Translations under genes and position numbers: made by a program
Origin: Solirubrobacterales bacterium
GTDB taxonomy: Bacteria > Actinomycetota > Thermoleophilia > Solirubrobacterales > 70-9
Assembly: GCA_051961435.1 (NCBI GenBank)
Contig: JBQCDH010000027.1
Span: 32,535-96,534, forward strand
Length of the DNA: 64,000 nucleotides
Direction: 5' to 3'
Notes under the pieces: model-generated
Databases searched by the model: none
The model's input: the letters and a program-made list of their open reading frames with translations, nothing else
What the model was told of the DNA's origin: nothing
Shown here: one piece after another, positions 23,877 through 34,638 of the stretch
How positions within the stretch are numbered: the first letter of the stretch is position 1
Layout: each line of letters begins with the position of its first letter

Positions 23877-26108
23877 TCAGCTCTGCGGCGTGTTGGGGAT
23901 TTCGCGCAGCGGCGCGTTGGCGGGGCCGCAGCCACCCGGGTCGAGCCGCCCCTGCACCTTCCAGACGATCACCGGGCCGCTCATGAGGATCGGCCGCACA
24001 GCCTGGCCGGTTATCCAGCGGGCCTCGGGTGAAGGGATCGGATCGCTCGGATGAATGAAGTTGAGGAAGGGGGCGGTGACGAGGTAGTCGAGGTCGGCTT
24101 CGTTCACCGCCCGGCGGAAGGCGGCGCAGGTGGGAATCGCGTTGAAGGCTCCATGCGGACCCTTTTCGCCCAGGTACTGGACGTGGTTGGTGAGGTCGGT
24201 GCCGTAGAAGCCGTAGCCGGCGAAGCCGGCGGTGGTGCCGACGAGGCCGATGCGGGCATGGCTGAGGTTGCGAGCCCAGGCGTAGGCGCTGTCGAGGTTC
24301 ATGCCGGGGATCTGTTCATCGCCCTTGCCTTCGTTGGCATAGCGGTGCTCGAGGTAATGGCGCTGGAGCGGATAGCCGATCGCGACCAGGAAGAGGGCCG
24401 CGGCCGCGGTGGCCGCGATCGCGATGCCGGCGCCGGCGCGGCGTGAGCGCAGGAGCAGCCAGATGGCGGCGATCGCGGCCACCAGGACGACCAGCGCCAG
24501 GGCGAAGACGCGGCCCTTTTCGTGAAGCGCCTGGTCGGGGCGGTTGGTGACGAGGAAGACCACGACCAGCGCCCCCAGCAGCCACCACTGCCGCCGGGGC
24601 GCGTCGAGCGCGCGCGGCAGCGGCACCAGGACGATGCCGGCGAGCAGGGCCGGGATCACGTAGCGGATGTTGATCCCGAAGCCGACCGGTTCGCCCTCCG
24701 CGCCGGCGGCGCTGAGCGGGGTGAAGAGGTAGGCGACGAGACCGAAGAGGGCGGCGGCGCCGACCCAGCGCACGATCCGGTCGCGGCCTCGGAAGATCGC
24801 CAGGAGGGCCGCGAGAGCGGCGGCGAGGAGGATCAGCGGCCAGAGCACCCCGAACGCCTCGTGCAGAGCGGGCGCGAAGAAGTGGCGCCAGACGCCGGTG
24901 TCGGTGGCGTAGTGGGCGATGTTGAAGTCCGGCCTGCCTTCCTGCAGCCGTTCGGGATGGGGCAGCGAGATCGGCCCCAGCGATTCGACCTCCGGGAGCG
25001 GGTTGCCGGCGACGACGAGGTTGCGCAGGTACCAGAACGCCCCGCCCGCCAGCGCCGGCAGCAGCCACCATCCCGCCGCCGCCCAGCGTCGCCCCAGCGG
25101 CGCCAGCACCACCACCGCCACCGTCAGCGCCGCCGCCATCGCCAGCCCCGTAACCCGCGTCCCCGCCGCCAGCCCGGCCGCCAGCCCGGCCGCAGCAATC
25201 GCCCAGCGCTCCATACGAAACTGTGAACCGATTTCTCCCCGCATACCGGGGACACCGCGACCAGCGTGATTCCAGGCCTCGACGAGGATCGCGATCGAAG
25301 CCAGCAGCAGCGCCGCGGCGGCCAGGTCGTTCTTGGCGGCGCCGGGGTCGCGAACGACGAGGGTGTGACACTCGAGCAGGATCGCCGCGGCGACCGCCGT
25401 CAGTGCCCCCCGCCCGTAGGGCCGTCCCACGCAGTAGGCGGCGAGGAAAGCGACCGCGAGCCAGCCGAAGTTGAGGAACAGCGACAGCGTGTCCCGCCCC
25501 GTCAGCAGGATCCCCACGGCATGAAGAAGTTCCGAATTCTGCGGATAGAACCAGTTCGTGAACACGGTCTCGACGTGGTGCATCCCGACCACGGAGTGGG
25601 TCTGCACCATGTCGACGGCGAACGGCAGGTGGTACCAGAGGCTGTCGAAGTTGAAGATCCCCCGGTCCCATGCATGCTGCGTGGTGACCCCCCAGCTGAA
25701 CAAGGTGATCGCGATCACCAGCGCCATAACGGCTAGGGACCATGCGCTTTCGCCAGCGGGTCCTGTCGCGGGTGGGGGCACCTGCGCTGGATGCTCGGTA
25801 CCCCCACCCGCGCCACCCGCTGGAGAAGCGTTTGCGTCCGAGGGTCGACGCGTAAACAGCAGCGTTCCGGCCGCAAAGAGCAGCGAGGCCACGATCAGGG
25901 TTCCGGCATAGAACAGTCCAACGGTGCCGAGGATCTCGGAGAGCCAAATGACCAGTGCCACAGCGGCAATTGCCTCCACCAGATGCGCCGGAGCGCCCGT
26001 CCAGGTGGGCAGCAACCGCTGGCGCAGCTTGTAGGCGCTGAAAGCCACCGGAACGACGACCAGGACCAGCTGCAGGGCCCCCACGAGATAGGAGCCGAGG
26101 CTAACCAT
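23877..26108 (-). CDS. large polytopic membrane protein (possibly a GT-C-type glycosyltransferase)
   Basis: 743 aa with many hydrophobic helices followed by a C-terminal soluble domain. The family call is a guess from architecture. Confidence 0.65.
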   Translation of the reverse strand: MVSLGSYLVGALQLVLVVVPVAFSAYKLRQRLLPTWTGAPAHLVEAIAAVALVIWLSEILGTVGLFYAGTLIVASLLFAAGTLLFTRRPSDANASPAGGAGGGTEHPAQVPPPATGPAGESAWSLAVMALVIAITLFSWGVTTQHAWDRGIFNFDSLWYHLPFAVDMVQTHSVVGMHHVETVFTNWFYPQNSELLHAVGILLTGRDTLSLFLNFGWLAVAFLAAYCVGRPYGRGALTAVAAAILLECHTLVVRDPGAAKNDLAAAALLLASIAILVEAWNHAGRGVPGMRGEIGSQFRMERWAIAAAGLAAGLAAGTRVTGLAMAAALTVAVVVLAPLGRRWAAAGWWLLPALAGGAFWYLRNLVVAGNPLPEVESLGPISLPHPERLQEGRPDFNIAHYATDTGVWRHFFAPALHEAFGVLWPLILLAAALAALLAIFRGRDRIVRWVGAAALFGLVAYLFTPLSAAGAEGEPVGFGINIRYVIPALLAGIVLVPLPRALDAPRRQWWLLGALVVVFLVTNRPDQALHEKGRVFALALVVLVAAIAAIWLLLRSRRAGAGIAIAATAAAALFLVAIGYPLQRHYLEHRYANEGKGDEQIPGMNLDSAYAWARNLSHARIGLVGTTAGFAGYGFYGTDLTNHVQYLGEKGPHGAFNAIPTCAAFRRAVNEADLDYLVTAPFLNFIHPSDPIPSPEARWITGQAVRPILMSGPVIVWKVQGRLDPGGCGPANAPLREIPNTPQS
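25756..25835 (+). repeat. hairpin repeat copy A (inside the membrane-protein CDS)
   Basis: gcgggtcctgt + stem cgcgggtgggggcacc / ggtacccccacccgcg (15/16 paired, one C-A) + loop TGCGCTGGATGCTC + ccacccgc tail. Confidence 0.8.
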
Positions 26109-26129
26109 GAACCGCTCCGAGGAAGCGGC

Positions 26130-26504
26130 TCAGCCGCCGAGGCCGCCGCGGATGACGACCGGGGTTTCGCCTTCGGCGACCATCCCCTGCGCCCGCGCCT
26201 CGCGATCGACGACCAGCGGGTCTTTCGAGGACTGGATGCGGTCGTGGAGGCGCCGGTTCTCGTGCTGGAGCTCGTGCAGCTTGGCTTTGGCGGCCGTCGT
26301 CGCCGTGTAGGTCTTGACGAAGTCGATCGCCGGGTTCAGGTACGAGTAGAGGACGGCGAAGAGGACGAGCGTGAGGGCGATCCGCCCGACCCGGTCCCAC
26401 TTGACCCGGCTGGGGCCGCTGCGCGCCGCGGGCCGGCGCTTGCGAGCGGCGGGGCGTCGGCGGGCGGACGTTGCCCGTCGGGCGGCGTGAGCGCTCGCTG
26501 CCAT
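26130..26504 (-). CDS. ftsB: septum formation initiator (FtsB/DivIC-like)
   Basis: 124 aa. Basic N-terminus, single TM, then a coiled coil (KLHELQHENRRLHDRI). Conserved position just downstream of eno. Confidence 0.7.
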   Translation of the reverse strand: MAASAHAARRATSARRRPAARKRRPAARSGPSRVKWDRVGRIALTLVLFAVLYSYLNPAIDFVKTYTATTAAKAKLHELQHENRRLHDRIQSSKDPLVVDREARAQGMVAEGETPVVIRGGLGG

Positions 26505-26541
26505 ACCCGGTGCTACGCGGCCGGGTCCGGCATTCCTGCAT

Positions 26542-27849
<1,308 letters not shown>

Positions 27850-27873
27850 CTATTCAGCGAGCGGGGCGAGCCG

Positions 27874-29235
27874 CTACTTGCCGGACGGTGGGGCTTCGGC
27901 CCCGCCTTCGGGCGGAGCGGATCCTTCGGGCGCAGCCCCTTCAGGCGGAGCGGCTCCTTCGGGTGCGGCCGCCGCGCCTTCTTTTTCCGTGGATTCCGGC
28001 CGCGGGCGCTGGACGAACGGTTCGCCTTTCGGTTTCAGCGGCGTAACCGTGCCGGGCAGCGCCGGCTGGGTCAGCGGCACCACCGCGGGGCAGGCTTGCG
28101 CCGGGGTGGCCGGATTGGCTTCGTAACAGGCCGGGGGCGCGTTCGACGGATGGCCGGAACTGGTGAAATTGGAGCACTGTTTGGTGACGAATTCTTCGCC
28201 GCAGAACGTCCGCGCCCGCCACTTGCTTTCGAAGCCGGCGAGGTAGTTGCCGAAGAATTCCTGTTCCAGTTCCCCTTCCAGGGTCGGTTTGATTTCGGCT
28301 TCCGCTTCTTTCAGCGATTTCGTTTTCGCCGGGGTCAGTTTCACCACTTCGATCACGAAGTAGTTTTTTTCGTATTTGACCGGGCCGATCAGTTCGCCCG
28401 TGGCGGCGCCGAAGATCGCCGATTTGATCGGTTCCCGCAGGAATTCTTCCTGGATGCCTTCCTGCAGCCCGCCTTTGACTTTGGTCGTCGAGTCGTTCGA
28501 GTACCTGGCCGCCGTCTTCTTCCAGCCCGCCGGCGAATGGTCCTTTTCGAGTTCCTTCAGCGCCGCCTCCACCTTCGCCTTGTCTTCGTTGGAGACGAAA
28601 CGGACGTCGCGGCTTTCTTTCTGCCTGAAGCGCGTCGCCTTTTCTTTTTCGTAGAAGTCTTCGATCGCTTCGGACGAGGGTTCCGGCGCTTCTTCTTTGA
28701 CCTTTTCCTGGACCGCCGTCCCCACCAGCTGCAGCTTCACTTTTTCGCGGACGTCCTCCTGGGAGAGGTGGGATTCGTCGATGAATTTCCTGAAGGCCTC
28801 GCGCGTGGGGAAGTTCGTTTCTTTGATTTTTTCCACTTCGGCGGTGATCTCTTTGTCGGTGATGACGACCCCGAGTTCTTCCGCCTCACCCAGGAGCCAG
28901 GCGCCGTTGTACATTTCTTCCAGCGCGGCTTGCTTCAGTTCTTCGTATTTGGGCGTTCCCGGTTCCGGCGTTTTTTTCAGTTTCGCCAGGGCGGCCTGCT
29001 GGTCCAGCGTCCGGTCGAATTTGGCTTCGCTCAGGTCGGCGACGTCGCTCGACAGGCCCTTGACGACCGCGACGTCGCCCGCGGGCACGCTGGGGGAGCC
29101 GATCCCCTGCGCCACGGCGAAGATCACGAAGAGCAGGACGAAGAGAGCCGCGAAGAGGATCAGCCCGAACCGCTGCATCCCGCTGCCCCACCGCCCCGGC
29201 GGCGATTTCCGTTTCTGCCCCGATTTAGCTCCCAC
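27874..29235 (-). CDS. peptidyl-prolyl isomerase, parvulin/SurA-PrsA-like, membrane-anchored
   Basis: 453 aa. N-terminal TM, SurA-N-like region, parvulin-like KGGLQEG...GELIGPVKYEKNYFVIEV, C-terminal PEGA-rich repeats. Confidence 0.7.
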   Translation of the reverse strand: MGAKSGQKRKSPPGRWGSGMQRFGLILFAALFVLLFVIFAVAQGIGSPSVPAGDVAVVKGLSSDVADLSEAKFDRTLDQQAALAKLKKTPEPGTPKYEELKQAALEEMYNGAWLLGEAEELGVVITDKEITAEVEKIKETNFPTREAFRKFIDESHLSQEDVREKVKLQLVGTAVQEKVKEEAPEPSSEAIEDFYEKEKATRFRQKESRDVRFVSNEDKAKVEAALKELEKDHSPAGWKKTAARYSNDSTTKVKGGLQEGIQEEFLREPIKSAIFGAATGELIGPVKYEKNYFVIEVVKLTPAKTKSLKEAEAEIKPTLEGELEQEFFGNYLAGFESKWRARTFCGEEFVTKQCSNFTSSGHPSNAPPACYEANPATPAQACPAVVPLTQPALPGTVTPLKPKGEPFVQRPRPESTEKEGAAAAPEGAAPPEGAAPEGSAPPEGGAEAPPSGK

Positions 29236-29294
29236 GAGCCCGGCAGCATAATCAAATCGGCTCGCTTAAGCAGGCTTTAGGGGGCCAAAGCCCT

Positions 29295-32200
29295 TCAGGC
29301 CGCGGCCGGCTCGGCGGCGCGGCGCGCCTCGCGCAGCCCCTCCGCCATCGCCAGCACGGCGGCGAGACGCTCCTCTGGATCGCCCGCCACCCTGATCGCC
29401 GCCGTCTGCTCCCGCCATTCGTAGACCGCCCCCTCGACCTGCCCGGCGAGGACGCCGGCGGCCTCGGAGTCGAGCTCGACCCCGGTGACGCTGAGGCGGC
29501 CGCCGCGGAACTCGACGCTGCGCGCCCCGGCCAGCCCCAGTTCGATCCGCGCCCGCTGCAGCCGCAGCAGGTTCTCGGCCTGCGGCGGCAGCGGCCCGAA
29601 GCGGTCCTCGAGCTCGTCGCGGATCGCCCGCAGCTGCCCCGGCTCGCGGGCGGCGACGATGCGACGGTGGACGTCGATCTTCGCCGCCTCGAAGGGGACG
29701 TAGGCGGCCGGCAGGTAGGCGTCGACCGGGACGTCGAGGCGGACCGGCTCCGGCGCCTCCTCCAGGCCCTCGCCGGCGGCGCCCGCCGCCTCGGCCACCG
29801 CCTCGTCGATCATCTGGCAGTAGAGCTCGAAGCCGACCGCGGCGACGTGGCCGGACTGCTCGTCGCCGAGCAGGTTGCCGGCGCCGCGGATGTCGAGATC
29901 GCGCATCGCGATCCGGAAGCCGGAGCCGAGCTCGGTGTGGTCGGCGAGGGTCGAGAGCCGCGCCGCCGCCTCCTCGGTCAGCGCCTCGGCCGAGGGGTAG
30001 AGCAGGTAGGCGAAAGCGCGCTCGCGGGAGCGCCCGACCCGGCCGCGGATCTGGTAGGCCTGCGAGAGCCCGAGCTGGTCGGCCCGCTCGACGATCAGCG
30101 TGTTCGCGGTCGGGATGTCGAGGCCCGACTCGATGATCGTCGTCGTCACCAGCACGTCGGCCTCGCCGCGCAGGAAGGAGAGCATCGTCTCCTCCAGCGC
30201 GTTCTCCTCCATCTGGCCATGCGCTTCGAGGAAGCGGGCGCCGGGGACCAGCGCCCGCAGCCGCTCGGTCGTCTCCGGCAGCGAGTCGATCCGGTTGTGG
30301 AGGACGAAGGCCTGGCCCCTGCGCTCGATCTCGCGGTTGATCGCCTTGCAGACCAGGTCCTCGTCGTAGGGGCCGACATAGGTGCGGACCGGGCGGCGCC
30401 CCTCCGGCGGCGTCTCGATCACCGAGATGTCGCGCAGCCCGGCCAGGCTCATCTGCAGGGTGCGCGGGATCGGCGTCGCCGAGAGCGCCAGCACGTCGAC
30501 CTTCAGCTTCAGCTGCCGCAGCAGCTCCTTCTGCTTGACGCCGAAGCGCTGCTCCTCGTCGACGACGACGAGGCCGAGGTCCTTGGCGCGGACGTCGCGC
30601 GAGAGCAGCCGGTGGGTGCCGATCAGGATGTCGACCTTGCCGGCCTCGAAATCCTTGAGGACGGCTTTGACCTCGGCCGGCGGCCGCAGGCGGGAAACCC
30701 CCTCGACCCGGAAGGGGAGGTCGGCGAGGCGCTCGCGGAAAGTTCCGAAGTGCTGCTGGGCGAGGATCGTGGTCGGGACCAGGACCATCACCTGCTTGCC
30801 GTCGGAGGCGGCCTTGACCGCGGCGCGCAGCGCCACCTCGGTCTTGCCGAAGCCGACGTCGCCGCAGACCAGCCGGTCCATCGGCCGCACCGCTTCCATG
30901 TCCCCCTTCACCGCCTCGATCGCTTCCAGCTGGTCGGCGGTCTCGCGGTATGGGAAGGCGGTCTCCATCGCGATCTGCCATTCGCCGTCGGGCGGGAAGG
31001 CGTGGCCCTGGCGGGCGCGGCGCTCGGCGTAGAGGTTGAGCAGCTCGCCGGCCAGGGCACCGGCCGCTTTGCGCGCCCGCGCCTTCATGTTCTGCCAGCG
31101 TTTGCCGCCCAGCGCCGAGAGGGTGGGTTCGCCCCCGGCGCCGACGTAGCGGCTCAGCTTCGCCAGCTGGTCGGTGGGGACGTAGACGCGATCCTCGCCT
31201 TTGTATTCGAGGTAGAGGTAGTCGCGGGTGACGCCACCGACCTCGCGCGTCTCGAAGCCGGCGAAGCGGGCGACGCCGTGGTCCTCGTGGACGACGTGGT
31301 CGCCGACCCGCAGGTCGCCGAAGGCGAGGCGGCCGCGGCCCGCCCCCGGCGCCGGCTCCTCGGTGCGGCGGCGGCGGTGGACGAGGCGGCGGAAGGGGTA
31401 GACGGCGAGCTTCAGCTCGGGGCTGACGAAGCCCTCGCGCAGGCGCGCCTCGGCGAAGGAGAGGCCGGGGTCGGGCGAGAGGCGGCCGCCTTCGAGCAGG
31501 CGGGCGTCGAGGCGGTCGAGGCCGTAGCGGGCGCGCTCGGCCTCGCCCTGGCTGTCGAAGGCGACGACGGTGCGGTAGCCGGAGCGGACGAGCTTCTCCA
31601 GCTCGCCCTCGGCCTCCTTGACGCTGCGGGCCGGGGACTCGGCGCGGGCGGCGCGGAAGGCGTCCTCGTCCTCCTCGCCGGCGCCGGTCAGGGCGAGCGC
31701 GGCGCGCTCGGCGAGCGGCGCGGCGATGTCGACATAGAGGTGCTGGGCGTCCTCGGCATGCATCGCCGTGGTCACGTCCTCCCAGTGGTCGCGCAGCGCC
31801 GGCTCGATCTCGTCGGAGCCGACGAGGACGACGGCGGCCGTCTCGGGCACCAGCTCCAGCGGCGCCCGGAAATGCTCGAGCGGCAGCACCTCGGCCAGGT
31901 TCGGCGCCTCCGCGCCCTCCTCCTCGGCGGCCATCCCCGCCAGCTCGGCCAGCTCGCGGTGCTCGGCGTCCATCTCCGCCGCCGGCGCCAGCTCGACCCG
32001 CTCCGCCTCCCCCAGCGAGCGCTGGGTGAAGGTCGAGAACCAGCGCATCGACTCGACCTCGTCGCCGAACAGCTCGATCCGCACCGCCCGCTCCTCGGTC
32101 GCCGGGTAGACGTCGAGGATGCCGCCGCGGACGGCGAACTGGCCGCGCTCCAACACTTGCTCGACCCGCTCGTAGCCGGCGCCGACGAGGTCGTCGGCGA

Positions 32201-32678
32201 CCGCGTCAAGCTCGATCTCCTCCCCTCGCTCGATCGCGAAGCCGGCCGGGCGCAGCGAAGCGTCGGGAACCGCCTCCGCCAGCGCGGTCGCCGAGGCGAC
32301 GACGACCGCGTCGGCTTCGGCGCCGAGGGCGTCGAGGGCGTCGATGCGCAGCCCGACCAGGTGCGGGGGCGGGCTGACGTGGGATGCGTAGCCGGTCCCC
32401 CGCGAGGGATAGAGGCGGACCCGGCGCGGCGCCAGGTAGGAGCGCAGGTCAGCGGCGAAGTCGCGGGCCGAGCGGTCGTCGGGGGCGACCAGCAGCGCCG
32501 GGCGGCCGGCGAGACCGCGGTCGTCCTCGAGCAGCGCCGCCAGCAGCAGTGGCCGCAGCATCGTCGAGGCGCGCACAGTCGTCCCCTCCCCGCCCGCAGC
32601 CGCCTCGCGCGCACGCGCCGCCAGCGCGTGGACGCGCTCGTTCTCGGCGGCGATGTCGATGAGGGGTCTGAGGCTCAT
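29295..32678 (-). CDS. mfd: transcription-repair coupling factor
   Basis: 1127 aa. CarD-like HEDHGVARF, helicase motifs GDVGFGKTEV and DEEQRFGV, TRG region. Confidence 0.95.
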   Translation of the reverse strand: MSLRPLIDIAAENERVHALAARAREAAAGGEGTTVRASTMLRPLLLAALLEDDRGLAGRPALLVAPDDRSARDFAADLRSYLAPRRVRLYPSRGTGYASHVSPPPHLVGLRIDALDALGAEADAVVVASATALAEAVPDASLRPAGFAIERGEEIELDAVADDLVGAGYERVEQVLERGQFAVRGGILDVYPATEERAVRIELFGDEVESMRWFSTFTQRSLGEAERVELAPAAEMDAEHRELAELAGMAAEEEGAEAPNLAEVLPLEHFRAPLELVPETAAVVLVGSDEIEPALRDHWEDVTTAMHAEDAQHLYVDIAAPLAERAALALTGAGEEDEDAFRAARAESPARSVKEAEGELEKLVRSGYRTVVAFDSQGEAERARYGLDRLDARLLEGGRLSPDPGLSFAEARLREGFVSPELKLAVYPFRRLVHRRRRTEEPAPGAGRGRLAFGDLRVGDHVVHEDHGVARFAGFETREVGGVTRDYLYLEYKGEDRVYVPTDQLAKLSRYVGAGGEPTLSALGGKRWQNMKARARKAAGALAGELLNLYAERRARQGHAFPPDGEWQIAMETAFPYRETADQLEAIEAVKGDMEAVRPMDRLVCGDVGFGKTEVALRAAVKAASDGKQVMVLVPTTILAQQHFGTFRERLADLPFRVEGVSRLRPPAEVKAVLKDFEAGKVDILIGTHRLLSRDVRAKDLGLVVVDEEQRFGVKQKELLRQLKLKVDVLALSATPIPRTLQMSLAGLRDISVIETPPEGRRPVRTYVGPYDEDLVCKAINREIERRGQAFVLHNRIDSLPETTERLRALVPGARFLEAHGQMEENALEETMLSFLRGEADVLVTTTIIESGLDIPTANTLIVERADQLGLSQAYQIRGRVGRSRERAFAYLLYPSAEALTEEAAARLSTLADHTELGSGFRIAMRDLDIRGAGNLLGDEQSGHVAAVGFELYCQMIDEAVAEAAGAAGEGLEEAPEPVRLDVPVDAYLPAAYVPFEAAKIDVHRRIVAAREPGQLRAIRDELEDRFGPLPPQAENLLRLQRARIELGLAGARSVEFRGGRLSVTGVELDSEAAGVLAGQVEGAVYEWREQTAAIRVAGDPEERLAAVLAMAEGLREARRAAEPAAA

Positions 32679-32744
32679 ACGGGCAGGGAAAAAGCCCGGA
32701 TCGGCCGATCCGGACGGAAGGACCGATTCTAGGGAGGCGTTTCC

Positions 32745-34580
32745 TCAGGCCCCGCGCTTCGCTTCACACGTGGCGCGAAGGCGTTCGGCGTCGCCCGCCG
32801 GTTCGGACTTGGAGACGGTGCCGTCGGGCGAGAGGATGCCCAGCCGGGTCGGCGCCCAGGGGCACTGGAAGCGAATCTGCGCCCCCGGCGAGGCGGGGCT
32901 CGACTCGGTCCGGGTGCAGCCGTTGGCGCAGGTGCTGCCCCAGCGCCCGGGCCAGCCCGCCCAGCCGCCGGCGAGCGGCAGCGCCGCGTCGCCGGGGTGC
33001 CCGACCTCGGGGATCGGGCGCACGCAGCGCACTTCGGCGCACTCGGCGTCGACGTTGCCGCCCCAGGCGACTTCGCCGTTGTGGTCGTCCTCGGGCAGGT
33101 GGACGCCGGCGGCGGTTGCGTACTGGGAGCAGTCGTGCGTGCACCGGTACGGGTAGGTCGCGTGGGTGCCCTCGGCGACGAAGGCGAGGGCGTGCGTCCC
33201 CGAGACCGGCAGGATCCGGCCTTCGACCAGGACCCGGTCGCGGTGGGCGGCGTAGATCGCGCCGAGGATTTCCGGGTGCAGCGAGGGAGTCGTGATCACC
33301 GTCATGCCCTCCCAGTCGCCCTCGTGGTCGCCGCAGTAGTAGCGGCATTCGTTGAAGCGCCCGATGTAGTCGTTGTAGCGGTAGAACCACCAGTAGTCCC
33401 AGTACCAGCGCCCTTCGTGGGTGGTGCGGCGGTAGTAGACGACGCTGCGCGGGCCGGAGTTGCAGTCGACGGCGGGGGCTTCGGCGCGGCAGGCGGGGTC
33501 GGGCGAGAGGAAATCGCTGCCGTTGCGGCCGCTGCCGTGGATGTCGATGTAGTCCGGCGCACCCGGCCCGCGGTGGAACTGGTCGAGCCCCTGGTTGGGT
33601 TCGCAGCGGGGTTCGGGCGCCGTCCAGCAGGCTTCGTTGCCGCCGCCGTCGGCGAAGCGCTCCTCGAGGAAGGGGGCGACCGCGAGCGGGCGCCAGCGCT
33701 CCTTGGTGTCGAAGCGCAGTCGCGGCCGCAGCAGCGTCGCCAGCTTGCGCTCGAGCTCGCTGCCGTGGCCCCCGAGCTTCGCTTCGGCGAACTTGGCCGC
33801 CGCTTTCGCGCCCGGCGGCAGCGGGCAGACGAAGTTGGTGACGAGGTCCCCGTATTCGCTCTCGGTCACCTGGTCGGAGGGCAGCGAGATGACGGCGGCC
33901 TCGTTGCCGAACCGTTCCTCGATCAGGACCCGGCCGCCGCCTTCGCCGATCAGCCTCCCCTTCACCGGCAGCAGCGAGTCGGCGGTGCAGACCTGGGCGC
34001 GCTCGAACGGGAGCGCGCTGGCGACCATCACCGCGGGGGTGATGAGGATGGCCGCCCACAGAGCCCCCGCGGCGAGGGCGCGGACGATCCGGCTCCAGCC
34101 GCTGCGCCCGGTCCGGCGGATCAGGAACCAGCCGGCGGCGAGGGCGCCGTAGGTGACGGCGATCCCGATCGCGCTGGTCAGCAGCAGCCAGGAGAAGCCG
34201 CTGGTGGCGACCGCCTGCCAGATCGCCGGCAGGCAGAAGAGGATCGCCAGCAGCGGGAAGACGACGCAGACCAGCACCCACCAGTGGCGCCCCTCGTTGA
34301 GCTGGTCGCTGCCGGCGCGCGGCTTCGGCCGGTTGAAGAGCCCGTATCCCATCGCCGCCAGCAGGCCCAGGGCGGCGGCGGGCGCGATCACGTCCATCAG
34401 CGCGGTCGCGATCACCGGCTCACGCGGCAGCTGCCCGAGGATGTTCACCACCGCGTTGAAGTCGAAGTGGTCGAAGAGCAGCCGCAGGGCGATCACCAGG
34501 CCGCCCAACACATAGACGCCGGCGACGATGCCGGCCAGCAAGCCGACCACGGCCGTGGCGGTTTTCAGCGCTTCCCTCAT
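32745..34580 (-). CDS. membrane protein with C-terminal Vps62/DUF946-like domain
   Basis: 611 aa. About six N-terminal TM helices. The C-terminal WYWDYWWFYRYNDY...CGDHEGDWEGMTV resembles the GDWEH signature of the family. Confidence 0.6.
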   Translation of the reverse strand: MREALKTATAVVGLLAGIVAGVYVLGGLVIALRLLFDHFDFNAVVNILGQLPREPVIATALMDVIAPAAALGLLAAMGYGLFNRPKPRAGSDQLNEGRHWWVLVCVVFPLLAILFCLPAIWQAVATSGFSWLLLTSAIGIAVTYGALAAGWFLIRRTGRSGWSRIVRALAAGALWAAILITPAVMVASALPFERAQVCTADSLLPVKGRLIGEGGGRVLIEERFGNEAAVISLPSDQVTESEYGDLVTNFVCPLPPGAKAAAKFAEAKLGGHGSELERKLATLLRPRLRFDTKERWRPLAVAPFLEERFADGGGNEACWTAPEPRCEPNQGLDQFHRGPGAPDYIDIHGSGRNGSDFLSPDPACRAEAPAVDCNSGPRSVVYYRRTTHEGRWYWDYWWFYRYNDYIGRFNECRYYCGDHEGDWEGMTVITTPSLHPEILGAIYAAHRDRVLVEGRILPVSGTHALAFVAEGTHATYPYRCTHDCSQYATAAGVHLPEDDHNGEVAWGGNVDAECAEVRCVRPIPEVGHPGDAALPLAGGWAGWPGRWGSTCANGCTRTESSPASPGAQIRFQCPWAPTRLGILSPDGTVSKSEPAGDAERLRATCEAKRGA

Positions 34581-34638
34581 CGGCCGCAGCCTCGCCCAAC
34601 GTCGCGGAAAGTCAAGAAACGGTCGGGTTCGCTCCGGC

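Noticed and set aside
29667-32732. 1021-aa plus-strand ORF
   Set aside because: It is antisense to mfd. Its Arg/Gly/Ala/Asp/Pro-dominated translation has no motifs, which is the typical GC-bias shadow ORF. mfd on the minus strand has unmistakable motifs.
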